From a virus (Duplodnaviria; Caudoviricetes), in IMG/VR virus record IMGVR_UViG_3300028833_003520: a stretch of 64,000 nt of DNA, one strand, 5' to 3'. The notes beneath the pieces were generated by a model. That model saw only the letters and a list, made by a program, of their open reading frames with translations, was not told the origin of the DNA and searched no databases. Shown here in pieces: positions 38,185 through 48,399 of this stretch. The first letter of the stretch is position 1, and each line of letters starts with the position of its first letter. A program made the translations under genes and the position numbers.

Positions 38185-39213
38185 ATGATTAAACACCATA
38201 AAGGACCTCTTGGGGAGTTCGATTACGATAATTCGATTTGGGAAATTAAATCGACGAGGAATGATTTTGACCCTGCTAATCCCATAATGACTATGGAATA
38301 TAAGTTGAAGGGCAATATCAATGGCTCGGAGATAGAAATACCTTATGGTCTTGTAAAAGCAGATAATCTTTTCAAAGATTGTTCCATACAGACACCACCT
38401 TCAATACCTGCAACTGTTAAAAGTTGTAGAAGTATGTTTGAAGGTTGTTCAGGACTGCGTAAGGCTCCCATTATCCCGAAAGGGGTTAAGGATTGTCATA
38501 GTATGTTTAACGGTTGTATATCGTTAAGAGAGGCTCCTCCGAAAATTCCTGACACTGTTCGGGATTGTCGTTTTATGTTTAACCTCTGTGAGAGTCTGAA
38601 GTCAGGTTCGCCGATGGAAGATACTTTACCGAATGAGCCTGTTCATTGTGACGCAATGTACTATGGCTGTACGCATCTGACAGAGGCTCCGAGAATGGGT
38701 CTGTATGTAGATTCTATGGCTTTTACTTTCAACGATTGCAAGAAGTTGAAATATCCACCTGTTCTTCCTAAAAAGGTTGAGACATTAGCAGGTTGTTTCA
38801 AGGGTTGTGAAAGACTTGAAATGGCACCAAGTATTGGTGAAGGCTGCGTTAAAATGGGTCAGACTTTTAGCGGTTGTAAGAAGTTGGTTTATCCGCCTAC
38901 AATCCCTTATACGACGAGATATATGGAAGGATGTTTTGAGGGTTGTAAGAGTTTAACAACCGTTCCTGCTATTCCACCGTCTGTGGAAACAAGTTCTTCT
39001 CTTACGGTGTTTAGCGGATGTTCGCAGAATGTTCAAGACAAAGGCGAATGGGCATTCAAGAACAGAGGTTGTGATTTTGAGCAGTATGGCGTTGTTTCGA
39101 AGCCCAGTCACCGTATCAGAGGTGATGGTAAGAGGAAACTTCCTTCGGTTGATACGAAGGACTCAGATGAGCCAAATAAGAACCCGAATGATGGCGATTT
39201 TGGTAATTCATAA
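38185..39213 (+). CDS. Cytoplasmic BspA/DUF285-like leucine-rich repeat protein with RKLP C-terminal tag
   Basis: About nine 22-aa MFxGCxxLxxxPxIPxxV repeats; no signal peptide. Confidence 0.8.
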   Translation: MIKHHKGPLGEFDYDNSIWEIKSTRNDFDPANPIMTMEYKLKGNINGSEIEIPYGLVKADNLFKDCSIQTPPSIPATVKSCRSMFEGCSGLRKAPIIPKGVKDCHSMFNGCISLREAPPKIPDTVRDCRFMFNLCESLKSGSPMEDTLPNEPVHCDAMYYGCTHLTEAPRMGLYVDSMAFTFNDCKKLKYPPVLPKKVETLAGCFKGCERLEMAPSIGEGCVKMGQTFSGCKKLVYPPTIPYTTRYMEGCFEGCKSLTTVPAIPPSVETSSSLTVFSGCSQNVQDKGEWAFKNRGCDFEQYGVVSKPSHRIRGDGKRKLPSVDTKDSDEPNKNPNDGDFGNS

Positions 39214-39238
39214 TATAGAAAGGAACTGGTAACGTAGT

Positions 39239-39625
39239 ATGGATAAGAAAGAAGTCAAAAAGAAGATGGCTCAGATGAGCAAGGCAGAGCAACAGCAGGC
39301 TGAAGCCGAGGCAAAGAAGGCTGAAAAGAAGCGTAAAGAAGCCGAAGCACGAAGGAATGCCGAAGTCAAAAAGAGACGCATTGCAGAGCAACAGGCTCGT
39401 GAAGAGGCAGAACGCAGACAGAGAGCCGAAAGGTTTGCCGAAAGTCAGGGCAAGACTGTCGATAGCAAGCCTGCCCGTATAAGAGGCGAAAAACCTGAGG
39501 CGAATGTTCGTAATCGTCGTACAGAGGCGGCTAATGAGCGTCTCAAGATTGCAAAGATTGAGAATAATAAAGCCGAGCAGGAAGCCGAAGGCGAGCGTGT
39601 AAAGATAGGCAAGCGATACGTTTAA
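39239..39625 (+). CDS. Highly charged helical protein
   Basis: K/E/R/A-rich; RBS GAAAGGA. Confidence 0.7.
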   Translation: MDKKEVKKKMAQMSKAEQQQAEAEAKKAEKKRKEAEARRNAEVKKRRIAEQQAREEAERRQRAERFAESQGKTVDSKPARIRGEKPEANVRNRRTEAANERLKIAKIENNKAEQEAEGERVKIGKRYV

Positions 39626-39660
39626 GTAGAGTTTGATATATAACTCACTGGTGGGTTTTA

Positions 39661-39732
39661 CATATATGGGGAAAGTGGTGGTACTCTGTATCGCCACTTT
39701 TTCTTGATATATGAGAGTATGTGTACTATAAT
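39661..39732 (+). promoter_or_regulatory. Operator, terminator-like hairpin and promoter of the relaxase operon
   Basis: CATATATGGG; GAAAGTGGTGGTAC/GTATCGCCACTTTT hairpin; TTGATA(39704)-TATGAG...-TATAAT(39727). Confidence 0.75.
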
Positions 39733-39786
39733 GGGAAACAGATAGTATAAGACAAAATAGCACACTTGTGCATTTAGGAGCAAAAT

Positions 39787-40110
39787 ATGGTACAACCACG
39801 ATGGGGCAATGAGAATCAAACTAATATGTCTTCAATGGTAGATTTTCAACGAAATCTCGAACTTACCAGAATGACACAAGCAACTCAAGCATTAAATGAG
39901 ATTGAAGAAGAGAGACTAATGTTGGAAAAGGCTCAGGCTATGAATGATATGTCTATCTATGAAGACTATATTAGACGGAGAAATGAACGGAAAGCAACAG
40001 AGCAAAACCGTTTGGCAAAAGCAAATAAAGTAATAATTATGATTGGGATTACAGTAGGAATTGTTGGCATTATACTTTTGCTTATAATGTGGGCTTTGTT
40101 TGCATATTAA
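39787..40110 (+). CDS. Small protein with C-terminal TM helix
   Basis: RBS AGGAG; hydrophobic C-terminus. Confidence 0.7.
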   Translation: MVQPRWGNENQTNMSSMVDFQRNLELTRMTQATQALNEIEEERLMLEKAQAMNDMSIYEDYIRRRNERKATEQNRLAKANKVIIMIGITVGIVGIILLLIMWALFAY

Positions 40111-40121
40111 GGAGTGGTTTA

Positions 40122-42365
40122 ATGGGTTTGAAACAATCCGTTGTAATAGTCAACGAGTTTTCTATAAAGAATAAATCGGGTAAGGGTGGTTCACGAGGTG
40201 GAACACCTGGCGACTATGTAACACGATATATGGCTCGTCCTAAAGCAACCGAGGATTTGACACCTGTAAGGTTACAGGACACAGACAAGTTCATTACGAG
40301 ATATATGGCTCGTAAGGAAGCGTCTGAGCAGTGCATTTCAGTCGAAGACGAAAAGGAGCGTATGCGTGAGGCTCAGAAGTTCGGCGGCATAGCCTTTGGT
40401 TATGGCGACGTTTCTTTGTCTGACAGTAAACTTCGTTACGCCAGTAAGGATATACAGAAGGAATTCGAAAGGGGAAAGACGGTCTTAAAGACAGTCTTGT
40501 CTTTTGACGAAGAATACCTCAAATCTAACGGAATCGTTGACGAAGACTTCGAGTTCAAGGAACGAGGAGACTATCGTGGTAACATCGACCAAATGAAACT
40601 CCGTATGGCTATAATGAATGGCTTGGATAAAATGAGCAAAGACTATGATGACTTACGTTATGTAGGCGTTATACAGGTCGATACGGCTCATATACATTGC
40701 CATTTGGCTATGGTGGATGCAGGTCGAGGTAACATTATGCCTGACGGCACGCAAAGAGGGAAACTGTCTGAAAAGAACAAGCGTGATTTGAGGAGAGGAA
40801 TTGATAATTTCCTTGACGAGAAGAAGAAAGTCTTAATGATGACGAGTAATGTCTCAAGAGACAAGAGGAATGCCTTGTGCTATATCAAAAAGTTTACTCA
40901 TAAGACGATGGATGAACACGGTACTCCGCAACTTCTTATGGCTTGTCTTCCTGAAGACAAGAATCTGTGGCGTGCATCGACTAATCGCAAGGAGATGAGA
41001 AAGGCTAATGCAATAGTCAGAGATTATGTAGAAGAGGTATTGAAACAGCCCGATTCAGGTTATGAAGAGGCTATGGAGTCCATACTTCAGTATGCAGATG
41101 AGCGTCGTAGCCGTGAAGACTTGGACAACAAAGAGTATCGTATGTTGTGCAAAAATGGTCGAGAGCAGTTGGTCGAAGACTGTATGAACGGTGTTTATGC
41201 AGTATTGAAGCAAATTCCTGATGAAGAGCGTACTGTTAAGACACCTCTGCTTGATACGATGAGTATGGATTACGAAGAACTGAGCACGAAGGCACAAAGT
41301 GACGAGATGTCGATGTTCGGTTTCAGACTTCGTTCATATAATAACCGTCTGGAATATCATAAGAAGGAAATGAATAAATACCACGAGTATGTACGAATGT
41401 ACGAAGATACTCCTGATGCGGCACGTTCTTCTAAAGTGCTGTATGACTTCTTCAAGGAAGAAGAGGAGTATAATCAGAAACTCGTCGGTAAATATAGGCA
41501 TTTCCTTTCTTTCGCAATCCCTGATGAGAAATATGAGGACGATTTTACAGAACTAATGCAGTATCGTGGAAGGATGACCAATTTAAGACGATTAAAGGAC
41601 GATAAGTCCTTAAAGCGTATGAATCCTGACCGTGCTGAAGAAGAAGGACGTAAAATCTACGGACAAGCAGGCGGTAGATATGCTGCGACAAATCCAAATA
41701 TTCTTGAAACCCGACTCATCAATATGAGATTGAGATACAATCGAATGGAAGAGGATTTTAAGATGAAACTGTCCGAATACGGAATGGTAATGGGTATTAA
41801 GGACGGTAAGATGGTTGTTGAAAGGGGAGAACAGTTCCCATTTGATGATGTTAAGGCTTTAGACTTACATCACCTCGGTTACGATTGGCAGGAAGATATT
41901 ATTATTGCAAAACGAAATGTTGATAACTTCATTGAGGCGACAGACAATCGTTATGAGAAGTATCAGGCTGCAGTACAGTATCTTAAAGATTCTGACCAGG
42001 AGTTGATGATAGACCAGTTGCCTACTAAGGATATTCAGGCTATGAAGGAACTCGCAGACAGTTTGAGAACAAACCCTGTCTTGCCGAAGAGTGATGTCTA
42101 TGAAGGATATAAGCACGACGGTCGTACTGTAAGCCTTGATTTCGATTACGGCGAGGATATGCAACGAGCAGTTAAGATGACCGTTAGAAGCGTCGCAAAT
42201 GCTCCAGATTTCGACGAGAGGCGTTCTACGAGGTCTGTACCTGTTATTCCTGCTGAAGCACCTATAGAGCCTTCTGGAAGGCGTACAGGACGTAATGTAC
42301 CTGATGTTGGTAATAAAAGCCCTGATAACGATTTGGATTCTGTCAGAAGACAGAGAGGCGAATGA
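40122..42365 (+). CDS. Relaxase, MobL-like HUH family
   Basis: RBS AAGGAG before MGLKQS; N-terminal YVTRYMAR tyrosine motif (duplicated), KTVLSFDxxYL, VIQVDTAHIHCH HUH motif. Confidence 0.8.
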   Translation: MGLKQSVVIVNEFSIKNKSGKGGSRGGTPGDYVTRYMARPKATEDLTPVRLQDTDKFITRYMARKEASEQCISVEDEKERMREAQKFGGIAFGYGDVSLSDSKLRYASKDIQKEFERGKTVLKTVLSFDEEYLKSNGIVDEDFEFKERGDYRGNIDQMKLRMAIMNGLDKMSKDYDDLRYVGVIQVDTAHIHCHLAMVDAGRGNIMPDGTQRGKLSEKNKRDLRRGIDNFLDEKKKVLMMTSNVSRDKRNALCYIKKFTHKTMDEHGTPQLLMACLPEDKNLWRASTNRKEMRKANAIVRDYVEEVLKQPDSGYEEAMESILQYADERRSREDLDNKEYRMLCKNGREQLVEDCMNGVYAVLKQIPDEERTVKTPLLDTMSMDYEELSTKAQSDEMSMFGFRLRSYNNRLEYHKKEMNKYHEYVRMYEDTPDAARSSKVLYDFFKEEEEYNQKLVGKYRHFLSFAIPDEKYEDDFTELMQYRGRMTNLRRLKDDKSLKRMNPDRAEEEGRKIYGQAGGRYAATNPNILETRLINMRLRYNRMEEDFKMKLSEYGMVMGIKDGKMVVERGEQFPFDDVKALDLHHLGYDWQEDIIIAKRNVDNFIEATDNRYEKYQAAVQYLKDSDQELMIDQLPTKDIQAMKELADSLRTNPVLPKSDVYEGYKHDGRTVSLDFDYGEDMQRAVKMTVRSVANAPDFDERRSTRSVPVIPAEAPIEPSGRRTGRNVPDVGNKSPDNDLDSVRRQRGE

Positions 42366-42679
42366 TGGAACTGACCAAGGATGCCGCAAAGATTTGTGCC
42401 ATAATTACGGGAGTGATGCTGACCGCAGTTACTTTTGCTTTTGTTATTTTTGTGTTCCGTTTTCAAACTGATAATCAGTATGTAGAACAGTTGGTTCGGG
42501 CAGGAGCACAAATAAGCGACGATATGACATATATAGACGCTCGTGAACAATTAGACAAATCGTCTTCTATTCTTATGGGGTTCGGTGTGTTAGAGTTGTT
42601 ATTGACATCTATTTTTGGTATTTGCTTAAGAGCAGGATTTGTACCTAAGAAGGAGACGAAAAAAGAATGCGAGCGTTAG
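42362..42679 (+). CDS. Small two-TM protein
   Basis: ATGA overlap with the relaxase gene. Confidence 0.65.
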   Translation: MMELTKDAAKICAIITGVMLTAVTFAFVIFVFRFQTDNQYVEQLVRAGAQISDDMTYIDAREQLDKSSSILMGFGVLELLLTSIFGICLRAGFVPKKETKKECER

Positions 42680-43011
42680 TTAATTATGTGGACGCAAATG
42701 ACGGTTTGACAGAAGCAAGGGTTGTAAATGTGTTGACCGTAGGTCGTAACAACATAGGACCGAAAGGTTCTGCATTTACAATCCGCATATCAGACGGATT
42801 ATTGATTTTTAATCATAATGAAAGTCTGATACACAATGATACTTATAAGAAAGTTCTTCAGGAACTTCTTAATAAGGGATATGTTGATTTGACAGCGTAT
42901 GGCGAGTTTGTTGATAAACATACAGCAAGGCGTGAATACGAGGCAGATGGCATATCAGTATTTATACCTAATAGGGAGGACTTCAAAAATGAGCAGAATG
43001 ACCGAGAATGA
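42667..43011 (+). CDS. Hypothetical protein
   Basis: RBS AAGGAG; part of an overlapping gene chain. Confidence 0.65.
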   Translation: MRALVNYVDANDGLTEARVVNVLTVGRNNIGPKGSAFTIRISDGLLIFNHNESLIHNDTYKKVLQELLNKGYVDLTAYGEFVDKHTARREYEADGISVFIPNREDFKNEQNDRE

Positions 43012-43213
43012 GAAAGTGCTTGATTCGTTGAAAATGAATCCTAATCAGGATGAATGGGAATTAACAACGGATGTTAACACAGCAAAATGTATGCTTTTAG
43101 CAGACATTTCGAAGAGTCTTGCAATCCTGGCAGACAAGGTTGAAGAAGAGCGACGCAACAGAGACGGTGCTTCGGCATTTATGAATGACAAGCGTTATGG
43201 AAACGGACAGTAA
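42989..43213 (+). CDS. Hypothetical protein
   Basis: RBS GGGAGG before MSRMTE. Confidence 0.6.
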   Translation: MSRMTENEKVLDSLKMNPNQDEWELTTDVNTAKCMLLADISKSLAILADKVEEERRNRDGASAFMNDKRYGNGQ

Positions 43214-43226
43214 GGAGTGATTATGT

Positions 43227-43784
43227 ATGCCAAAGAAGCGATTGAATAGTCCTGTATATACTTTAGGACGAATGGTTCGCTGCAGAATGACAGAGGATAG
43301 TACCTCTGGAACTCTGTATTCTTATGGACGATACAAAACCAAAATAAAGGTCGAAGATTTGCCTGAAGACTATATCAAATGTCACGCTCGTGTATTTTGG
43401 TATTTATTTGGTTTTGTTAAAACATCAGGTGTTAAAAGCGTTGCTTTTACTTATTGTAAGGAAAATCACGTTTTTAAGGATGACTATCTTTATATCGGCT
43501 ATCAGGGTCCCTTGGTTCCTGTATATTCGGAATATTTAGAGGGGTATATATGCGATTATAAAGATGGTGAACATAGCAGTCTTTGTGTCGATGGAAGCGA
43601 CATAGTAAGATTGGTATTGGCTATCGAGAAGTATTCTCCTGATGTAGATACATCTGAGGTTAGAAGACTTATTGACGAGAAGATAGAATATCTTCGTACA
43701 AAAGAGACGGATTACTATAAGAGTTGCTTCAACACAACAGAAAAGATAGATATCTTTGAGTTGTGGGGAAAGGATGGTTATTGA
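43227..43784 (+). CDS. Hypothetical protein
   Basis: RBS AAGGAG; 185 aa. Confidence 0.7.
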   Translation: MPKKRLNSPVYTLGRMVRCRMTEDSTSGTLYSYGRYKTKIKVEDLPEDYIKCHARVFWYLFGFVKTSGVKSVAFTYCKENHVFKDDYLYIGYQGPLVPVYSEYLEGYICDYKDGEHSSLCVDGSDIVRLVLAIEKYSPDVDTSEVRRLIDEKIEYLRTKETDYYKSCFNTTEKIDIFELWGKDGY

Positions 43785-43785
43785 T

Positions 43786-43998
43786 ATGTTTGGATATTGG
43801 ATTCAGATTATTGCCCTGGTAGCGTTTGCAGTTGGATATCTTATCTTCATAGGTTGCGGAGTGATGAACGCAGCAAGCGAGAAGATTAAGTTTGTTCCCA
43901 ATGATGGTGTTTACGATGTGTCAGCCTGCATTGGTGGACTCAGCGTAATAATGTTTCTGATTGGCGTAGTTGTTAATCACGGATTGTTCTTTATGTGA
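43786..43998 (+). CDS. Small two-TM protein
   Basis: Start MFGYWI; hydrophobic. Confidence 0.55.
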   Translation: MFGYWIQIIALVAFAVGYLIFIGCGVMNAASEKIKFVPNDGVYDVSACIGGLSVIMFLIGVVVNHGLFFM

Positions 43999-44005
43999 GG
44001 TGAAT

Positions 44006-44353
44006 ATGGATAACTGGATGCGAAACCTTCGAAATACTATTACTGTGTGGGGTCCAAGTCTTATCTGGACAATAATCTGTTTGGTGATTGTTTTAACACT
44101 CATTATTTTGTGTATTATTACACTTGTTCGTTTGTGTAAAGTTTTAGGAAAAATTCAAGGATTTTTTGAAGAACTTGAAGCAAATGGAGCCACGCTTGCA
44201 CAAGTAACTTATGCAAAAGCCGTAAGTCTTAAAACGATTGCAGAAACAACCGATGATATTGCAGATGAAACTGAAGGTTTGAAAGTTGTTACTGAGGCAA
44301 TTGGTTATGAAGATATGAGTGTTTATGAAAATTATAAGAAAGGGCGTGACTGA
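44006..44353 (+). CDS. Single-TM protein
   Basis: RBS GAGGTG before MDNWMR. Confidence 0.6.
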   Translation: MDNWMRNLRNTITVWGPSLIWTIICLVIVLTLIILCIITLVRLCKVLGKIQGFFEELEANGATLAQVTYAKAVSLKTIAETTDDIADETEGLKVVTEAIGYEDMSVYENYKKGRD

Positions 44354-44354
44354 T

Positions 44355-44639
44355 ATGAGCAGGCAAAGGCGGAGCATAAAAGCCACACCAAATTGGATAA
44401 TACCTGATACTGTTGAAAGAGATAAAACTTTAGTTATAAGAATTGTAATTATTGTTGTTTTATTAAGTATTCTCATCCCTATATTAACTATGTGTGGTTT
44501 TGAATATAATATGAATATTGCTCAAGGCGGTAAGCAGACAATTGAAGACCTTATGGGTTCTGGTAAGACAGATACAAGTGCAACAGGTGTACAACCTTGG
44601 GAAACAGTTCAAGGAGCAACTGGTCAAACAATTAAGTAA
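44355..44639 (+). CDS. Single-TM protein carrying a copy of the pilin's NIAQGGKQTIEDL segment
   Basis: 44514-44589 aligns with 30082-30154. Confidence 0.65.
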   Translation: MSRQRRSIKATPNWIIPDTVERDKTLVIRIVIIVVLLSILIPILTMCGFEYNMNIAQGGKQTIEDLMGSGKTDTSATGVQPWETVQGATGQTIK

Positions 44640-44660
44640 TTTAGATTATAATAAAACAAT

Positions 44661-45533
44661 ATGGATGCAGTTAAGAAACAATTAAAAATTTGGAGAATTG
44701 ATAATATTATAATTGCATTTGTAATGTCGGTTACAGTTAGTGCTTTTTGGGAAGTCAGAATGCACGGTTTTAGTCTATTTATAGGATTTTTCTTTTTAAT
44801 TGCAGTGTTAATCACTTTATGCAAAGCATATAAGTTTAATCCTTTCGTATCATTTGAACCTATTGTATTCATAATTGATATTACGAATAAGCGAAATGTT
44901 GATTATGATGAATACATAAATAACTGGGTTTTTAATAATGAAAATTACGATTTTAAGATTGAAAGAGAATCACATTTATCAACTTGGGAGAGTAATTGTA
45001 AGGATATAATTGACAGAGAAATATTCTTTAAGAAACATAGATTAAACCAGTATGCGATTGTGAAGCAGCAGGTGACCGATTATCATTATCCAATATTTCA
45101 ATGGAATTTTGTTCGTTATCATACTCGATATCGACAAGTTAATTATCAACGATATTCTTATGCTGTTGATGATTTGGATTATATTGTACAAAAATCGTAT
45201 ATTGATACTTGGGAATTAGATGCTATATGTGAAGAAAGAATACGCCAAAATGAAGAAAGTTTCGAAAGAACGCAACGCTTTTTAGAAAATAATAAGTATT
45301 GGCTTCGTTCTCGTTCTCGTTCGGTAGGACCTAAACAGCGTCAGCGTATTTTGAGAAGAGATAACTTTACTTGTCAATTATGTGGTGCAAAAGGTCCTGG
45401 TGCTGGTGGTAGTGCTGAATTAGAAGTTGACCACAAATTACCTTTTAGTTTAGGTGGAAGCGATAAAGATAGTAATTTGTGGACATTATGTAAAGATTGT
45501 AATAGAGGGAAGAGTAATGATTATATAGATTGA
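44661..45533 (+). CDS. Membrane-anchored HNH endonuclease
   Basis: Two N-terminal TMs; C-terminal RD..TCQLCG...EVDHK.P...GG....NLWTLC..CN. Confidence 0.8.
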   Translation: MDAVKKQLKIWRIDNIIIAFVMSVTVSAFWEVRMHGFSLFIGFFFLIAVLITLCKAYKFNPFVSFEPIVFIIDITNKRNVDYDEYINNWVFNNENYDFKIERESHLSTWESNCKDIIDREIFFKKHRLNQYAIVKQQVTDYHYPIFQWNFVRYHTRYRQVNYQRYSYAVDDLDYIVQKSYIDTWELDAICEERIRQNEESFERTQRFLENNKYWLRSRSRSVGPKQRQRILRRDNFTCQLCGAKGPGAGGSAELEVDHKLPFSLGGSDKDSNLWTLCKDCNRGKSNDYID

Positions 45534-45564
45534 CGCTTAAGAAGCGATATACTATAATAATTAC

Positions 45565-45635
45565 AATTCTTTTCGTCATTAGTTCGCTGGTCAAGATAGT
45601 TAAACAGAATCACGTTTCGTGGTTCTGTTTTTCTT
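45565..45635 (+). ncRNA. Putative ~70-nt small RNA
   Basis: TTGACG(45530)-17-TATAAT(45553) promoter followed within ~45 nt by the terminator AAACAGAATCACG-TTT-CGTGGTTCTGTTT-TTC; no ORF. Confidence 0.4.
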
Positions 45636-45678
45636 TGTTCAGATATATTTATCGTACCATTAAAAGTACATAAATCTC

Positions 45679-45707
45679 TTGATATATGAGGAGATTCGTG
45701 CTATAAT
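45679..45707 (+). promoter_or_regulatory. recD2 operon promoter with operator half-site
   Basis: TTGATA-TATGAG...-TATAAT, 17-bp spacer. Confidence 0.8.
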
Positions 45708-45747
45708 ACGAATGTACTTAACCTATTGGCAAATGGAGAATATATCA

Positions 45748-48132
45748 ATGAGTGAGTTAGTAGAAATCACTGGAACAATAACGAAATTTTTTAAGGACTG
45801 TCCGAAGGATAATGGATGGTTTGGTTGTTATTTTAAGTTGGAAAACGGTCTTCAAGTGAAGATGACTGGGGTATGCAAGAATATCGAACTTGACACAGGT
45901 AAGGTTTACGATGTACTTGCAGATAAAGAATCCAGTCCGAAATATGGCGACCAGTACACAGTAAAGCATATCTCTAATTCGACGAAGAGTATGAGTTCGA
46001 AAGAAATCATACGCTATTTCTCTTCATCGTTATTTGACGGAATTGGTAAAGCCACAGCGATTAAGTTATACAAAGAGTTCGGTAGAGACATCTATGATGT
46101 TATCGAGAACGAGCCAGATAAGTTAAGAGCAATTGGTATTTCAGAGAAGAAGATAGTTATTTTACAGAATGGTGTGCAGAGCAATACGACCTATGGGCGT
46201 ATATTGCGAGTAGCACCTATGCTTTCCGATAAAGTAGTAGATAACCTTATCTCGTCTTTTGGTAGGAAAGCAGCAGACTATCTCACGGACAATCCGTATG
46301 ACATACTTTATATGGAACCGAAGGTTGTAGGATATACATTCAAGTTAGCAGACCAAATAGCGTTGGGAAACGGTATGGATAAGTCTGATGCTCGTAGAGT
46401 AAAAGAATGTATGAAGTATGCTTGTCACGAGTTCTGTACGGATTATGCGTGTTCTTATCTGAATCTGTCTGATATGACTGAATATCAGCAGTATCTTAAG
46501 GCTTCTATGGAACTCATAGACAGTACGCAGGTTCACGCAAGGAATGTCGAAGATTATATTACAGAGTTCCTTAAAAAGCCCGTCAAAGGACTTATCGTCG
46601 AAGAATGTGATACACAGTATCATATGTATGTTGAAGATAAACACGAAGTCGAAAAGCAGTTAGCATTCTCGCTCGCTATGATGATTAAATCTGAAGGAAA
46701 GTTTAAGAACAATCATAAGGAACTTAATAGGCTTCTTGATGAATATTGTACTAACTTGCCGAAAGATAGAAGATTAGACCAAGAGCAGATTGCGGCTATT
46801 AAGATGGCTCTGACTAATAAGATTTCTGTTATAACAGGCGGTCCTGGAAGGGGTAAAACAACTGTTTTAGAGGCTGTTATCAGAATATGGGAACAGTTGA
46901 CGCATAAAGAGCCTGTGCTTTTAGCACCGACAGGAAAAGCAGTTTGTAGATTGAATGAGGCAACAGGAAAGACCAACGGTATGACAGTTGCTCGAATGAT
47001 TTTCCGTTCTATGATGCCGTCAACGGCTGCTCAGGATGAGCGTCTGTTCGCAAATAACCTCGTTATTGTGGATGAATGCTCAATGATAGGAATGAGAACG
47101 GCATTGGATATGATTCACTTGTTCAACGATAGTTTCGTTGTACTTGTCGGAGACGTTGACCAGTTGCCTTCGATTGAGTATGGGCAGTTTTTCAAGGATG
47201 TCTGTAAGACACCCTCTATGCCCAAGACAAGACTTCTTGTAAACCATCGTGGTACAGGTCTTATCGTACCGAATGCTGATAAAATCAACAGAGGTATGAT
47301 TGCAGAGAAGTTGGATTGGGATTATATCAATCAGTCTTTCGTACTGTATCAGTATAACGAAGATAACACGAAGTTTACTGACCATATCGTTAGTGAGTAT
47401 ATGGAGAAGATTACAAAGAACGGTAAGGTCGATTACAAGGCTATGAAGGATGTATGTATCTTGTGTCCTTCACAGAAGTACACGACAGGCTCAAGGTTCA
47501 TTAACTATATCCTTCAGGAGAAATTAAATCCTGAAAAACCGAGTGCAGGTATGAAAGACAGAGGATATATGATTCCTGGCACGGTGTATAAGATTAACGA
47601 TGTTACTTTAACGAATTTACGAGTTGGAGACAGAGTAATCTATACTAAAAATCATCCTGATTTCGTATATCGAAAGAAGGAAAGTGACGGCACCGTGATT
47701 AAGGATTGTGGTATTGCAAATGGCGATTGTGGACTCATTACGGGCGTTAAGAAAGAATTGATTACGGTCGATGGTTTCACAGATTTCGATTACATTATTC
47801 AGTTCTATACTGATGATGGAAGAGAATTCGAAATTGAGTCTCAGTATTTCGAGGAGTTTGAGTTGGCTTATGCGATAACAATTCATAAGTCGCAAGGTAG
47901 TGAGTATAAAACAGTTATCATTTCTGCAATGTGTGTGCTCACAAATTGGGGAAACTTTTCGAATCGAAATTTGATGTACACAGCCGTTACAAGAGCGAAA
48001 TTAAATCTCATTATTGTAGGTTCGGTTGATGCATTTAACAAGTGTATTTTGACCGTAGCAATGGAACGAAATTCAGCGTTATCTGATAAGATAGAAGCGT
48101 TCGCAAATATTATACTCGAAGAGGAGAATTAA
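45748..48132 (+). CDS. recD2: RecD2-like SF1B DNA helicase
   Basis: HhH GIGKATA, Walker A GGPGRGKT, LAPTGKA, VDECSM, GDVDQLP, AYAITIHKSQGSE, YTAVTRA; GGAG RBS supports the start MSELVE. Confidence 0.92.
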   Translation: MSELVEITGTITKFFKDCPKDNGWFGCYFKLENGLQVKMTGVCKNIELDTGKVYDVLADKESSPKYGDQYTVKHISNSTKSMSSKEIIRYFSSSLFDGIGKATAIKLYKEFGRDIYDVIENEPDKLRAIGISEKKIVILQNGVQSNTTYGRILRVAPMLSDKVVDNLISSFGRKAADYLTDNPYDILYMEPKVVGYTFKLADQIALGNGMDKSDARRVKECMKYACHEFCTDYACSYLNLSDMTEYQQYLKASMELIDSTQVHARNVEDYITEFLKKPVKGLIVEECDTQYHMYVEDKHEVEKQLAFSLAMMIKSEGKFKNNHKELNRLLDEYCTNLPKDRRLDQEQIAAIKMALTNKISVITGGPGRGKTTVLEAVIRIWEQLTHKEPVLLAPTGKAVCRLNEATGKTNGMTVARMIFRSMMPSTAAQDERLFANNLVIVDECSMIGMRTALDMIHLFNDSFVVLVGDVDQLPSIEYGQFFKDVCKTPSMPKTRLLVNHRGTGLIVPNADKINRGMIAEKLDWDYINQSFVLYQYNEDNTKFTDHIVSEYMEKITKNGKVDYKAMKDVCILCPSQKYTTGSRFINYILQEKLNPEKPSAGMKDRGYMIPGTVYKINDVTLTNLRVGDRVIYTKNHPDFVYRKKESDGTVIKDCGIANGDCGLITGVKKELITVDGFTDFDYIIQFYTDDGREFEIESQYFEEFELAYAITIHKSQGSEYKTVIISAMCVLTNWGNFSNRNLMYTAVTRAKLNLIIVGSVDAFNKCILTVAMERNSALSDKIEAFANIILEEEN

Positions 48133-48136
48133 CAAG

Positions 48137-48382
48137 ATGGAACCGATTAGTGGTATTGTAACAAGACCTATACCTGATTATTCGAAGCGAATAGAGGAAG
48201 AAAGAGCAAAAAATAGACCTGAAAGCGAACTTTTTGTTAACTGTCCACAGTGGATGCGTGAGACATATTTAAGGGACAGAGCAGAGTTGTTAAAAACAGG
48301 CACATTGTGCATCTATGACCCAACGGGTACGTTTACACCTGAACTTTTTGATAGACTGATTAACCGCTTATTGAACGGCTAA
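48137..48382 (+). CDS. Hypothetical protein
   Basis: RBS GAGGAG. Confidence 0.65.
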   Translation: MEPISGIVTRPIPDYSKRIEEERAKNRPESELFVNCPQWMRETYLRDRAELLKTGTLCIYDPTGTFTPELFDRLINRLLNG

Positions 48383-48399
48383 AAGAAAGGAGCAAGAAT

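Noticed and set aside
30082-44589. Pilin repeat pair as a DGR template/variable repeat
   Set aside because: No reverse transcriptase is in the window, and the differences are not adenine-specific.
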